This document shows, one piece after another, positions 1 through 13,078 of a DNA stretch of 64,000 nt; positions within the stretch are counted from its first letter, which is position 1, and every line of letters begins with the position of its first letter. Both the position numbers and the translations under genes were made by a program. Source of the stretch: Macrostomum hystrix (lineage: Eukaryota > Animalia > Platyhelminthes); NCBI GenBank assembly GCA_950097015.1, contig CATNEN010000030.1, forward strand, positions 3,658,001 to 3,722,000. Direction: 5' to 3'. Below the pieces are notes generated by a model. That model did not search any database, was not told the DNA's origin, and saw nothing but the letters and a program-made list of their open reading frames with translations.

Positions 1-2894
1 ATCCATCACGGCCAATCGTGAAGGCACTGTAAATGAGCTCACAGGTTTGAGATGAGCCGATTGGCTAGTTGACAAAAGTGACTAAATACAGGAATGAGTC
101 CAGTTGACGACCACTTGACGAAATGTGACCAGCAGTGCCAGCACCCGTTTATCTATTTGTGGTAACTTAATTTGGAGCAGCTAGCTACTCAATATTTTGA
201 AGAAAGAATACACAATTAAGGATTGAGTCCAATAGGATGGACTTGTTACGTTTGCAAAGCAAAGGCTTTTGTCTTTTGATCCAGGAAGAGTGTGCATGCA
301 AACCGTGGGTCCGTGGCGAAATCTGTGAACAGCGCACTCGAAAAGCGCGTCCGTCTTTAAAATTGCTCGGATAAAATAATTCATAAATTGCACTGAGTTA
401 ATTTCCAAGTTTTGTACAGTAAAACAAATGCTTAAACAGTTGTGAAATAAATGTACCTCTACATCTGCCTAATTAACATTATTTACGAGCGTTTTGCAAA
501 TAATATTTAGAAAATAACGCAGCGTGCTTAGAAATGACAATCCCTTATTAAAGATGTTTTCTAAACTTTTTATGAAAATTGCATTCTGAAAAAGCGTTAA
601 GGACTAGGACTTGAATTAATTCATTAGATTAGATTTTTTACTTCATTGACCAGTTCAAAAACATGAAACTCAAATACAAATACATTTTAATTAAAAATTG
701 GCGATATAGATCAAAAAATGTTTTTATAAACCTCACCCACCGCATTGTGTTTATTATAAAAATATGATTAGAACAAGCATAAAGCGAATACTGAAGTAAT
801 TCAGCTATGTATAAAATTGAAGGAAGTGGCTATTCGTACGGCAGTCCGGAAATATAATCCAATAATTCACCATGAGTATAAGCTTGCCGCGGGTTGGCGA
901 ACACGTATAATTTTATCATCTAACCGTGCAGAAATTATCAAACAGTTTTTATTCATAAGAAAAATCTACAAGCATCGCAGTTAACATTTTAGATTTGTTA
1001 TAACTCGTTTAATCATTTCTTGGAAATGCACTACAAGATAGGAGATTTTGCCGTACGAATAGCCACTACCAAAATTGAAAGCGACAGAAATGTGTCACAA
1101 ATATTTTTGTAGATATTGTTTTTACCAGAGTCAAATTGACGTAGCTTCTAAGTATACAAATATCGTATAAATGGACTGTTTTACAAAAGTTATACATTAT
1201 AAAAAATATTTGAATTTTTTTTAAATTAGTTTTAACTATCGGAATGATTATTCTTAGTTTATTGACAAGAGCGTACAAAATAAACCTGGAAACGGAATTT
1301 TGTCTTCTAACCAGCTTTTGCTCGCTGTCGCAGTTAAAATGTAAAGTATAGTGCTCCTCTGAGAATTGCCAGTCACAAACCAACTCATTCCGTTCTTCTT
1401 TCTAGCGACATCTAAGTCCTCATTTCCTTCGTCTATTCCAGTCATGAGTGGTCGTACAAGTAGTTGATTTGATTTTCTCCCACATCTATCTAATAGTTGG
1501 GCACAAGTAGTCGACAGCATCCTTGCGCATGTACATAGTATACGAGTGTACATGCAGAACACATGCAGAGTTGCTATACTGGTTTGAATGCTGCTCGGTC
1601 AGTTGGGTATTGGCAGTTGAGTTTGAGTGCAACGCCGAGTTCTGCCAATTGAAACTGCCTGTCCGTCAAGGGATTTTGGCCGGCCAGGGATGAGCCGCCA
1701 TATAGCGTTTGGGGCAGGGTATTGTGGGACGATTTGTTGTGCATTATCCCAGCTGAGTCACTCGAGAGGACCTGCCAAGCGGCTGCCTCCAAGCTGTAAC
1801 TCGATTCAGCGGGCGGATCAGCTGTACATCTGGACTGCGGCTATCGTGGCTTCCCTGAGGCTGCTGCTTGGCCTGGTCGTTGCAGAGCTGGTCATTGTGA
1901 CGGCTCTGCTCACCTTTTTTCTGACCAGAAATCCGTTGCTCAACAGTCAGCGAGGACGAAGCGGGCAAAGGCAGCTGCCACCGGACGGTGCTGGTGCCCA
2001 ACCGCTGCCTTGGCTGTATGAAGCACTCAATATCAGCGGCGGAGAGTTCTCACCTGCAACTGCACACCTGCACTAATTGGGATTGAGCAATGCACGGATA
2101 AACGTGCTCATCTATCGTGTTTCTAATTTGCTGCACTTTAGTCTGCTCCTGCATGCTGATGCTGGTATAGACAACGCCTTGCTAAAAATGTTTCACATCA
2201 CGCTATAGCTCTTCGTGGATGATGTCATGAGCCTACCGAATCTGAAAGATTATAGAGTTCGGGGCATTAGAAAACTTTTTATAGGAGTTGTTAAGAACTC
2301 ATTGGTGAAAAACATTGCTTTAAGCAATTCAGGTTGCACGTTCAGGTTTTGCTTGCAATAAAATCTACTTAATTTGTACTCACATTAATTTTTCAGTTTT
2401 TTGCAGCTTTCTTTTGTAAATGAGTATAAATCCTATTTCACTGTCATTGTTTAGTCATCGAGTGAATAGGTATTAGCACTCGAAGTTTATTCAAGTTCGA
2501 GTTAAAAATATACCCGTCTGCGGCTGCGAAATCAGTCAAAGCTTTTCAAGGTAGTCAAATGTTTTTCCAACATTTTCAGAACATCTTCAGCGTCTTTCGC
2601 CATTTCCAGTTTTCCCACTTTCTTTAATGCCAACATGAAGGTATTTGTGCGCCGCTTGAACAAGGCGTGTACTTTTATTTTCAAACATGAAAAATGTGAT
2701 AGAAAAACCAATAAGAACAAAAGGGTACTCAATACAGTGCTGGATATGATCCATTTCTGAGTCTACAACTACAATTGAACAATTGCTCGTTCTTATCTAG
2801 TATAAGATAACTCATATAAAAATGTTTCTGATCATTTTTTATTCGAGATTTTAGTATTTGCCACAAAAATATAACTGAATTTTAATTTAATCCC

Positions 2895-3100
2895 CAGCTT
2901 GGCCCAGCCTATTGGCTATTAATTCCACAGATTCTATATTACCTAATATAGAATCTGTGATGAATTCTGTGCACTTATTATTTAATCGGCCTAGGCCGTT
3001 AAATGATTTAACGGCCTACGCCGATTAAACATATAGTCTATGGTCACAGTTGCTGTAAACAGTTTTAGGTTTGCAATCTCGTGAGCCGGGCCAAGCTTTA
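2895..3100. repeat. Cluster of palindromes bracketed by a short imperfect inverted repeat (MITE-like remnant)
   Basis: Perfect 16-bp-arm palindrome CACAGATTCTATATTA-CC-TAATATAGAATCTGTG (2926-2959); near-perfect palindrome TTAATCGGC.TAGGCCGTTAAAT-G-ATTTAACGGCCTA.GCCGATTAA (~2982-3029); flanking CAGCTTGGCCCAGC / GCCGGGCCAAGCT. Confidence 0.6.
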
Positions 3101-3453
3101 GGATTAAATACTATAATACCCCCCCTGAAATCGTTGTCTATGGCCTTGGAACGGCTTCGGACTGCGCTTCTGGGCCTCGGCTTCGCCTCGGCCAAGAAAC
3201 GCGTCCTTAGCCTTTCCTAGGCCAAAGAAACGAAATCAGGAGTATTATTCTATACTTCCTTCTAAGTCAAACCAATTTGTCAGCTGAAAGCAGCAGTTTC
3301 TATGGTCTAAACTGGGTACAGTGAATAAGCTCTTAGCTTAAATAACTATATTTGAAGAGTTAAAACTCACACACGAAAGGTCGCGCAGGAAATCTAGCGT
3401 AAAATAAACGCATTAGTTGGCAGCAGCCACATTAAAAGAGGCACAAGGAAACA

Positions 3454-6360
3454 ATGCGAACACGAGCTGAATCATATATCGATCAGGAGTGGCGAGTTAG
3501 CAAGTCAATTGTGTGCGAGGAGCTAGGCCATAACGGGGTGAAAGATGAGCGACCGAAAATTTTCGTTAACCTGCCCAAGGCCATGCACCAGGGCTGGGAC
3601 AATAAGCACAGCATTGGCGTCGGTGAAGGCTTCTTTGGCGCCAATCACTGCAACACCAAGTGGCTGCTGAACATAATAGGCGACGGTGGCGACTTTAGAC
3701 TGCAGCGCATGCTGAAACAGGGCAGGACCCGCATCCTGTTTGAGTCTGACAAGTACTACCAACTGCAAGACCAGCCGGCCAAGTACCTCAGGGGAAACCC
3801 ACTTGAGCGCCCAATGTTCGACTGTGAGTCATTTACATAATATTACCAGTAGACAGCATCGGGACTGAAATGTCAAATGCGAGGCAGAAATGGCAGAGTT
3901 TCATGTTTCGTCCCGTTTTGATGGGTGACATTGAGACTAATCGTGGGATTCGAAGTCTCCCCTGTGCAGACAGTGGCAGATCTAAGATTTCGAATATGGA
4001 GGGGCGGGGTCACAAGTGTTCGCGTAGCCACAGCTGTAAAAATTATTATCAGTGCCATTTCAGTGTAACTCCTATGAGTAAGCATTTGTAGTCCTATGGC
4101 TTCCCTGCCTAGAACCAGTAAAACAGGGATCGAAAAACTCTTGCAAAGCTTCTGAATGGACACCCACTGGCCCCTTGAAACGACACCTCCCCTGTCAGGC
4201 TGTCTCATCTCTCACCTGTCTCATCTCTCACCTGTCTCATCTCTTCTCTGTCTCATCTCTTCTCTGTATCATCTCTTACCTGTCTCATCTCTCACCTGTC
4301 TCATCTCTCACCTGTCTTATCTCTCCCGTCTCATCTCTCCCCTGTCTCATCTCTCCCCTGTCTCATCTCTCCCCTGTCTCATCTCTCCCCTGTCTTATCT
4401 CTCCCATAGGCATATAGCTTAACCGACTCCTGGTTTACTATGTTGAATCGCAGATTATGCAATCGGATAATATCGCATAATGAGAACGCCCACTTGTCCA
4501 ATTGGGTTGAAAAGGTAAATCATTGACATCAGAAAGGAAACACAATGTTCTAAGAAATGATAATCACTGAAAAATAAACCCCGTAAAAATCACATTTTCT
4601 TCAGCAAAGACGGTGCTGTTCATGAACGCATTTGGAATATCGATTTACCTGCGATACTACAGCACACTGAGAGTGCTGGCCAAGCAGCAGAAATTTAACA
4701 AGCCGATGATCTACTACAACCAGGAAAACTATGCATCCTTTGTAAACGATGCATCCTGTGGTGATATCCTTTTGTTTCACTTTGATTACCTCATTATGAA
4801 GAGGGAAGCCTACGGAGCCATTCCATTTCTGCTGCAAATCAAATGGACTCCGGGTGATCCGTCAAAACTTGTTTACAGGCAAGTAGAGTCGCTTCGACTA
4901 TTCTGTAGGAAGGTTAGTTTCTCAATTAGAACACTAATTTCAGCATTATTGCACACCATTTTTTTAGACGTCGCTACTATCAGTATATCACTCCATTCCT
5001 GGACTGGGTGGATGTCTGCCGCAATGTTCTGAAGCGCACTCCAAGTTTGCAGATATCTAAGGTCACACAGCAGCTAATTGTGTCACGCTCACCTCAGTTC
5101 AAACTAATTGATCTCAGAGAGATGGGTCAGGTGATGCTTGAATACTTTGAGTTAAAGAAGTTAAACGCAGAAAACTTTAACGATCTGAACTGCTTTGGTA
5201 TGTATGCCGGCCGGAAGCTTCTACATGATAAGGAGCCGCCAATGCCCAGCGACTACGTGAAGGTGTTTGAGCACAAGCCGGCTAGGCCAGTCATGCCGCA
5301 CGCAGTGTCGGCTGCTCGGCGCTTCCTGTCCTACACGTACTATTATGACTACGAGAATCTTACCACTCTTAGCCAGATTCTATCTGTGACGGAGGTGTTC
5401 GAAAGGAGTCGCTACTTCTGCTGCAATCAGCTCTGCTCACAGGTTCCGTGGCACAGAGATCCGCTACTGTTTCAAATCTTCGAGATTGTCAACTTGCAAG
5501 TTATGGAGGACGTGCATTTCGATGCTGACTTGGCGAAAGTAAAAATGGTTGTTCTTCGCGAGCAGAACTGGTCCGATATTGCCGGTAGGCAGCACATGCT
5601 GTGCTGGTTTCACCGATTCGACGTCCTCAACTGCATCTCTTTGCTCTTTGGCATCATGCAGAAATGCATACTCAAAAATTTGCCATCAACAATCATTGAC
5701 AGAATCTGCAAACTTCTGCTCGATGTCCTCATTTCCAGCGAGTTTATTGAGCCATTCCTCAACTTCAGCTTTTATGACACATTCTTCGGCCTGACAAGCC
5801 TAGTGAACTGCGTGCCAGGCCTGCAATCAAACTGTGTGATGCGCGTGATGAAGAAGGCTCCTCTGATGCTGACGCAGTACTACTCCATTCCTGAGATTTC
5901 TGACATGTTCAGCACGTCGTTTTGGCGCAATCGAGACTCGGGTAGCGAAGATCGTCCTAGTAATATGAACGAAGTTGGTGACTTTATGGTTTCGCGTAAG
6001 CGCCTCATGTCCATGCACGTCATGGCTGGCGAGGGTGGCGAGGGTATGTCCTGCACTTCGTCTATGGGCAGCGCCGGCTCGATCATCTTGTTCGCTAGAG
6101 ACTATGAAAAAATGACCGAGGTCAGCCAGGCCGAGGAGGAGGCGGTGGACACTGGAAAGTCAGACACAATCAAGAAGGCGCAGGATGAGTTGCAGCACAT
6201 TCAGCGCTATACAAGACAAGAGATCGACTTCAGGTATTCCAGCATGTTTGGACAGAACTTCCGTTACGCTGTTGCCAGGCCAAAGCTGGTTCTAGACGAG
6301 ACCAAGACTCTCAGTCAAAACGAGAAAGAGAGTAGAGAAGTTCCCACCAAGCTGCCGTAA
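3454..6360 (+). CDS. Orphan protein, ~684 aa, 3 predicted exons (3454-3823, 4605-4912, 4984-6360)
   Basis: ORFs 3454, 4613 and 5008 join in frame through GTGAGT..TTCAG (phase 1) and GTTAGT..ATCAG (phase 0). No family recognised; the start codon and second acceptor are uncertain. Confidence 0.6.
4198..4405. repeat. 16-bp minisatellite (CCTGTCTCATCTCTCA)n in intron 1 of the orphan gene
   Basis: Tandem unit visible; reverse complement of the unit at 42315-42900. Confidence 0.95.
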
Positions 6361-7582
6361 GCGGGTCGAACCGAAAGGAAAAAAGTTTTGATAGCGACAA
6401 AACTAAATTGTCTTTGTAATCGACCAAGGTTTTCTTTTTGGTCCTTCTTATTTTACAATTGAAATAGTTCAATTTGCAAGTCCAATTTGAACTGAAAAAA
6501 AGAATAATAAACCGCGGTTCTGTTTGTCGCATGGAATGTGACAATTTTCATTTAATCAGGAATTGTCAATATTTGTGTTTGACGAAAACAATGTCTTGAG
6601 TTAATTTCAATATCATTTCAATTCCAATTTTGAAATTCCACCGTTGTAGCTGTTATAGAATAATCGAATAATAATAGTCTGTACATAGATTGCTTATAGA
6701 TTATACTGTATATAGACTGTGAAAACGAAGTTTAACGAAAATATCACGAATTTTTCCGAGGTTATTGTAGAGCGTTAGAGTTTTTTAATGCAGGGAAATA
6801 AAAAAAGGTAAATTATGCAAAAACTCGTATATAATGCCGATATTTTACACTTTAAAGCATTTCCTGCAGATTTCAAATGCGCAACATTCACGAAATTATC
6901 AACCTGAACTGGCATATAAGTCTAGGACTAGCGTTGTTGCTAATAAGTAGGGATATAAAAGCGAACTCTTGTGCTTAGTTAGGGCTACCAAGTATCGAAT
7001 AAAGTACAGTATCAAATATATATATATAAAGTCAACAACCTTTTAAATGGGCCGATAAAATATAAAGTTGGTCTAAATAAAATCAAATCTGAATCGAATC
7101 AGTCATTGTGTGTAAAATGTGAAGGCATTAAAAATATTTGCGTCGTTTGTTAGCATGCGAATTACTTCATTTACTTTTTAGAGTAATAATTAGCTTTTTG
7201 CTTTGTTTAAGTCTTCTAATTGCATTTTATTTCTATCATTAACGAACTTTTTTACTCAGTCTCTTGGACTATTTTTTGTATCCCTTTTACGACGATTCCT
7301 TTGTGGCGAGTCCTTAGTGGCGACTAAAGCAAGGCAGTTATTTAAGAGAGCTCAAGACGTATGTAGCGAAAAAAATTAAAATTCCCATGTCAAATGGACC
7401 AATTAAGTCTACTGGCAACGCTTCTGCTTGCCACACGCTATAGAGCAGATATTTTGACCATGACTTACTTGACTTGACTTAGCGGCAGGGAGCCTCCATG
7501 ACGGACGCAGCGAGGAGGCGGCTGATGCCGCCCATATCGCTAACCCCTGGCAGCCAGACAGCCTCCAGCGAGGCGGTGCCGC

Positions 7583-10500
7583 TCAGGGTGGTCCGTCGGT
7601 CGAATCCGCCGCGCGATCTTCCTCGCCATAGGCTGGGAAGAAATCAGCTCGGCCGGTATCCCGGAGGAAGTGGGCGAGCTGTGGGATGTTCTCGGGCGAG
7701 CAGGCTTCGGCGAGAGTCGGTGCCGGCCCGAGATGTTTTAGCCTGGCCCGGGTGAAGGCCGGGCAGTGGCAGATGAAATGCTCAGCATTTTCGCGTCCGG
7801 AGCAGCAGAAGGGACACGTTTCCTCAGGCACGTGGCCTTGAAGGTAGCGGTGTCTGGTGAAGCAGCCATGTCCCGAAAGAGCCATAGTGACTGCTCTTAG
7901 GTCTCTGCGGTTAAGCCTGAGTAAGGCCTTACGCAGGCTACTAGAGGGGGTTGGCACCGCAGCCCTGGACTGGCGACAGTTCAGGGTGCTGGACCACCTC
8001 CTCCGGTGCTGGGTCTCCATCCAGCAGTTGATGCTGGAGTTGACAACTGAGATGGGGATCGGGGACTCCGGGCCCGGGCCCATCAGGGAGCTGGCTGCTC
8101 CAGCCTTAGCAAGCTGGTCCGCCATCTCATTCCCTGTGAACCCGGCATGCCCAGGGATCCATAGCAGCTCCACCTTGTTAGACTGCGCCAACCCGTTTAA
8201 CTGGGTGTTGCAGTCCAAGGTGGTTCTGGAGCGAGAGGTGCAGCGGCTGAGGGCCTTGAGGGCTGCTTGACTGTCGGAGTGAAAAAAGATCCTCCGACCA
8301 GCCAGCTGCCTCTGGCGCAGCTCAGCCGCACAGAAGCTGATGGCGAGCACTTCTAGAAAACGCTAGAGCTCTTGCCACAGTATTGGGAGTGGGTCCAGAG
8401 GACCTCACCACCCGAGGCGACGCACACTCCGAATCCCGATTTACCGTTCATCAGAGAGCCGTCAGTGTAACAGTGGACTGCCGGGTCATCCCAGCAGTCC
8501 TTTACCTCATTACGAGGGGAGATGCTGACTTTGTACCTGTGGCTCCGGAGTAAAGTGGCCGGGGCCCCGTCCGAAAGGATGGTGAGCCCTCCGCACTCGC
8601 CCAGAGTTTTCAGGCAGAGGTCAGAGTGAGGCAGAAGGGAGCGCTTCGAGAAGGCTCGCGAATTCTGGAAGGAGACACCCGCATCAAGAAGACGACGGGT
8701 GGACTTTGCTGCTTCCCCCTTGACGAAAATGTCAATGGGTGTAGCGTTGAGGAAAGCATTCATGCCTTCGAAGGGAGTGGAGGGTGGGGCGCCCAGCGTC
8801 ATACGACAGGCTCTGCCCTGCACCCTATAAAGCGCCTCCAGGTTTTTCTGGATGCCCATGGCGCTGGCCCAGATGAGGCCAGCGTAAGCGACGGACGGTC
8901 TAATGATCGCCGTGTAAATCCACCAAAGGTTCTTGGGGGTTAGCCCCCAGGTGGTGCCCACGGCACGCCTGACTTGCGCCAGTATGGCCAGGGCCCTCTT
9001 GGCCTTTGTGGTGATGTGTGGGGTCCAGTTAAGCCTATGGTCTAGCACGAGACCAAGGCACCGGACCTGCTTTTCCATGGCAATATTCTTGCCATAGAGA
9101 GTCAGAGGCTTAATGGTCCAGAGCAGTTTGCTGGTAAACATAACCGCAACGGTCTTGGACTCAGAGAGTCGGAGCCCGCATTGGTCCGCCCAGCGCACCG
9201 CCCTGTTGATAAAGCCCTGGATGAGGTCTCTGGTGGTTTCTGCCGAGGGGCCCGCGCAGATGGCGGTCACATCGTCGGCATATCCCACCTTCAGGACTGG
9301 GTCTGGACGAGTGCTTTTCAGCAGCTCATCCATGACGAGATTCCACAGCAGTGGGGTGAGGACGCCGCCTTGGGGCCCTCCTTTTAGGACAGGTGCCGAG
9401 AGCAGCCTTCCTTCGAGGTGGGCCACCACGTGGCGATGCCGGATCATGTACATGACCCAGCGAACGAGGTGGGGGTGAGTGGCCCTGGAGACCAGGGCCT
9501 CCTCAAAAGCTTCGAAAACAACGTTATCGAAGGCCCCCTCAATGTCTAGGAAGACAGCCAGGGCAAAACCGCTGCCCAGCACTGCCTTCTCGAGAGTCTC
9601 CACGATGCAGTGGAGGGCGCTCTCCGTGGACCGGCCCGCCCGAAAGGCGTGCTGGTTTGGGGAGAGCGGGGCCCGCCCTAGCTCTACAGTAAGAAGGCGC
9701 CAAAGCACCAGTCTTTCCATGAGCTTGAGGCAGGTGGAAGTCAAGCTTATCGGGCGATAGGACTTGACCGAGCGATAGTCGCCTTTGGCGGGCTTCGGGA
9801 TGAAGACGACCCGGGCTTCGTGCCACAGCGCTGGTACATAGCCCAGCACGATGCAGGCCCGTAGAAGTCTGCAGAGGAGATGGAGGAAGCGGCCATTTTT
9901 GACCGCTTCATGCAAAAAGGCCGGATAAATACCATCTGGCCCAGGTGCTTTGAAAGGGTTGAATGACTTTGCCGCGCGAACGATGCGGTCATTCGTGACG
10001 AGTGACTGAGCCAGGCCCTGACCTCCACGTGAGTGGTCGTCTGGGCCAAAGTGCGCCGGTACACTCGGGAAGAAATGCCCTAGCATAAGCTCGAGCGTTT
10101 CCTCCGGGCGCTCCGTGATCGAGCCGTCTGGCTTTTTGATCGATGAGAGCTTGGAGAAGCGGTCGTTGGTGAGCGCCTTTACCACGCGGGCCGTGGGCCG
10201 CGAGCCCTCAAGCCCTTCGCAGTATTGCCGCCACTTGTCCGCTTTTGCCCTTCTGACCCGGCCCTTAAACTCATGGATGGCGCGAGTATAGGCCTCTTTG
10301 TCATCAGGGTCGTGCGAGATTTTCAGCCTCCTCTGGAGAGCCTTTGCTCGGCGTCTCAGGACTCCGAGCTCGGGGTTCCACCAGGGGGCCGATTTTTTGC
10401 CTTTGTAGGCTTTGAGCGGGCAAGCCATTTCGTAGGCCTCTGTGATGGCGCCGCCCAGCAGGGCAGCCACTCCATCTAGGTCCTGCGTGGTTGCCATGGC

Positions 10501-11283
10501 CATGGAGGGGTCGGAATCCCGAAGGCCCTCATGCAGCTTTTGGCTGAACACGGGCCAGTCGGTGTTTCTGACATTACGCCTCCAGATAGGCTTTTGCTTC
10601 TTATCGGGGGTACCGATGTTGAAGCGAATGAAGCGGTGGTCCGAGAGCGAGCTTTCGGTCTCCCACACCTCCCACCCCAGCACCCTTGGGAGGATGCCGG
10701 GTGAGGCCAGGGTGACGTCAAGCACCTCAGCCCACCGCCCATTGTCGAACGTGGGCGTGTTGCCCACATTGCAGAAGTTAAGAGGCGTGCCGCTAACGAA
10801 GGCCAGGAGCTCTTCGCCGCGGTCATTGATTTTTGAGCTACCCCAGTGGGTGTGATGCGAGTTTGCATCTCCCGCGAGGAGCAGCTCAAAATTTCGTGCC
10901 CTGGCGAAATCACAGAGGGCGACGAGGGTATCGCTGACCACGGGGGCGTCGCCTGCCAGGTAGGCGGATGCCACGAGGGTCAACTTGTTGGGCACAATGT
11001 GTGCAGATTGGATGACGCAGATGTCCCCGTTAGAGAGATCGGGTCTCATCCACGCATTTAAGGCTTTTGCAGCATAGATCAGTGATCTAGGGCGGACAGA
11101 GTCTGCCATGCAGAAGCAGTCATAGCCAGCAGGAATGTTACTTGGCTTGTTTTTTGATAACCAGGGCTCCTGCACAAGTACAAGGCCCGGCATCGTGCGC
11201 TCTGTCGTGCGCATCAAATTGACTGATGCTGCCACGCAGTGCTGGGTGTTAACTTGCAGACATGATATTCCGGGGATCATCAT
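7583..11283 (-). pseudogene. LINE ORF2 (APE-RT-RNase H-zinc finger), broken by a stop/frameshift at ~8350
   Basis: 976-aa ORF ends SSSVF* and the 255-aa ORF 7583-8350 resumes VLAIS in another frame; the related copy at 60481 reads SSSVFQNEVLAIS uninterrupted. Confidence 0.9.
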
Positions 11284-11295
11284 GCAGGCAGAGGT

Positions 11296-12844
11296 CTACT
11301 TGGAGGGGGACTCAGCCAGAAGGCGGTCCTCCTCCTCCGGGTCGATGTCGGTAGCCATGGGCTCCTCCGTGCCCCGGCCCCGAGCCAGAGGCGGGAACTC
11401 GACGGGGTCAGCCGCCCAGTCCCCACCCCCGGCCCTGAGCCCAGGCCCAGAGTCACCCTCAACCGGTGCCAACACCGCACCCTGGGCCGTGGGAGGGGCG
11501 CTCGAAGGGCCCTGCTCGATGGAGCTGGGCACCTTAGAGGCCTCCCCCGTAGCCCTTGGTTGCGGCGCCTGCCCCCGGTGGGCCACCGCGCATCTCAGCG
11601 CGCAGCTGGGCCATCCTGGCGGTTCGCACCACCTCGGAGGCCCGCTGGAGAAGGCCCCGGCGCTTTGTGATGCGCGCGGGGCGACGCTCAGAGCTGCCAG
11701 CGATGGCACGCTCTGGCCTTTTTTGGCGAGACGACTGGGCCCTGCCCCCAGTCCCAACCTCGGGGTCCGAGGACCCTTCAGTGGCCGGTACGGTGGTGGG
11801 CCCGGTCTGACCTCGAGATTTATCTGCCTCGAAGGCGAAGATTTTGGTCTTCCACAGACCGATGCAGATGTTGGCGCCATCTGGGTAACGGCGTGTCCAT
11901 TGCTCGGACAGGCCCAGAATGGCGGTAAACCCGGTGCCATCGGGGCGCAGGATCGTGCGGTGCACGATCAGGCCCGCTGTCGGCAGCTCCCGGTTCATCG
12001 CGATGAGGCCCATGCGGAGGTCCTCAGCGCTGGTGACGACACTTTTCGCCGGGACGAAAATGCGGTGTCGCTTGGTCTTTGGTGGCTCGTTCTCCCGGAG
12101 GAAGTCGAGGCCAGCCGCCCAGCTCTGCGTGGGCAGCAACTCAAGGAGCCGCCGCCCTGATTCCGCGTCGCCGGGCCAGACGACGAAGCACGATTCCCTG
12201 GTAGCGCTTGCGCCGACCGCCAGGGGCTCGCCCTTCAGTTGGAGTTGCCACAGCATAGCATCTATGTTGCGGCAAATGTTGCTGAGCTGTTCGCTGCTCA
12301 GCCTTTTTCCGTCTCTGCCGGTGATGACAACGGCAGGTTGCCTACGTGCGATGGCGGCGTAGGTGGCATGTGGTCCCGGGCCCTGTCCGGTGGCGACCCC
12401 ACCCTCGGGATCAGCGTCGGCGGTGGGCACAGGGCCCTCTGCCTCCGCTTCTCCTTCAGGCCGAGCCGCCGTCCGGATGGGCGCCGGGACCTCCTTGGCC
12501 CGCGACCCTGGCCTCGGGGCGTCGTGGGCTCCGCCCCGTGCAGGAGCCTGGGCAGGAGGCGCAAGGCCCCCCGCCCCAGCCCCCGCCCTAGGCAGAGCCC
12601 CTTCGGCCCCTCTGGTCTGGGCCCGGTCCTCGGTCGATGGAGCCGGCTTGCCGTGGGCCATTAAGCGCCTACGACGCTTTGCCGCTCCAGAGGTTGAGGA
12701 GCGCTTAGCGCCCCGGTCATCGCGCGAGTTGGGCAGCGCGGTATTTGTGGCGGTCGCGGGGCCAGCTAGCCCGGGCGCCGCAGCGTGTATGGCCTCGGGC
12801 ACCATGGTGTCCTCGGCCGGAGCAGTTGGTAGGCTGGAAGCCAT
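11296..12844 (-). CDS. LINE ORF1 (DUF4780-like, no CCHC knuckle), probably frameshifted near 11550
   Basis: ATG at 12844 opens a 436-aa frame to 11534. An overlapping frame continues to 11296 and ends EEEDRLLAESPSK* 13 nt before the ORF2 ATG. The domain label is from recalled similarity to LOA/R1 ORF1. Confidence 0.7.
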
Positions 12845-13078
12845 TTGAAAGCTGCAATGAGGAGAGGGGCTTCCTGTAGACACAGGCAGGAATAACCCGC
12901 TCAGCCGCGATCCCAAAGCTGAGCGGGGGCAGCCAAAAAAGACAAGTTACAACCCGGGGTGGGATGCCAGGACCACCGGGAGGAACCGTAGGAGGCCAGA
13001 CTACTCCCTGGTCAAGCGTCCATCAGCACGGTCAACACTGGGACATTAGAGGGCGCTATTTGGCCAGCGCCGAGGCCT

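Noticed and set aside
1560-2360. GC-richer exon-like stretch (149-aa ORF with a hydrophobic segment)
   Set aside because: Stops in all frames on both strands; no consistent splice model or family. It may be a decayed gene but cannot be supported.
2532-2670. Possible death-fold-like last exon (FMLALKKVGKLEMAKDAE)
   Set aside because: Too short, and no upstream exons could be linked.
8340-8360. Programmed frameshift or readthrough separating RT from RNase H
   Set aside because: No slippery heptamer, and the related copy is continuous here, so a simple deletion explains it.
11135-12848. Plus-strand ORFs (341 aa, 147 aa, 161 aa) antisense to the LINE
   Set aside because: Expected shadow ORFs of GC-rich coding sequence; no recognisable motifs.
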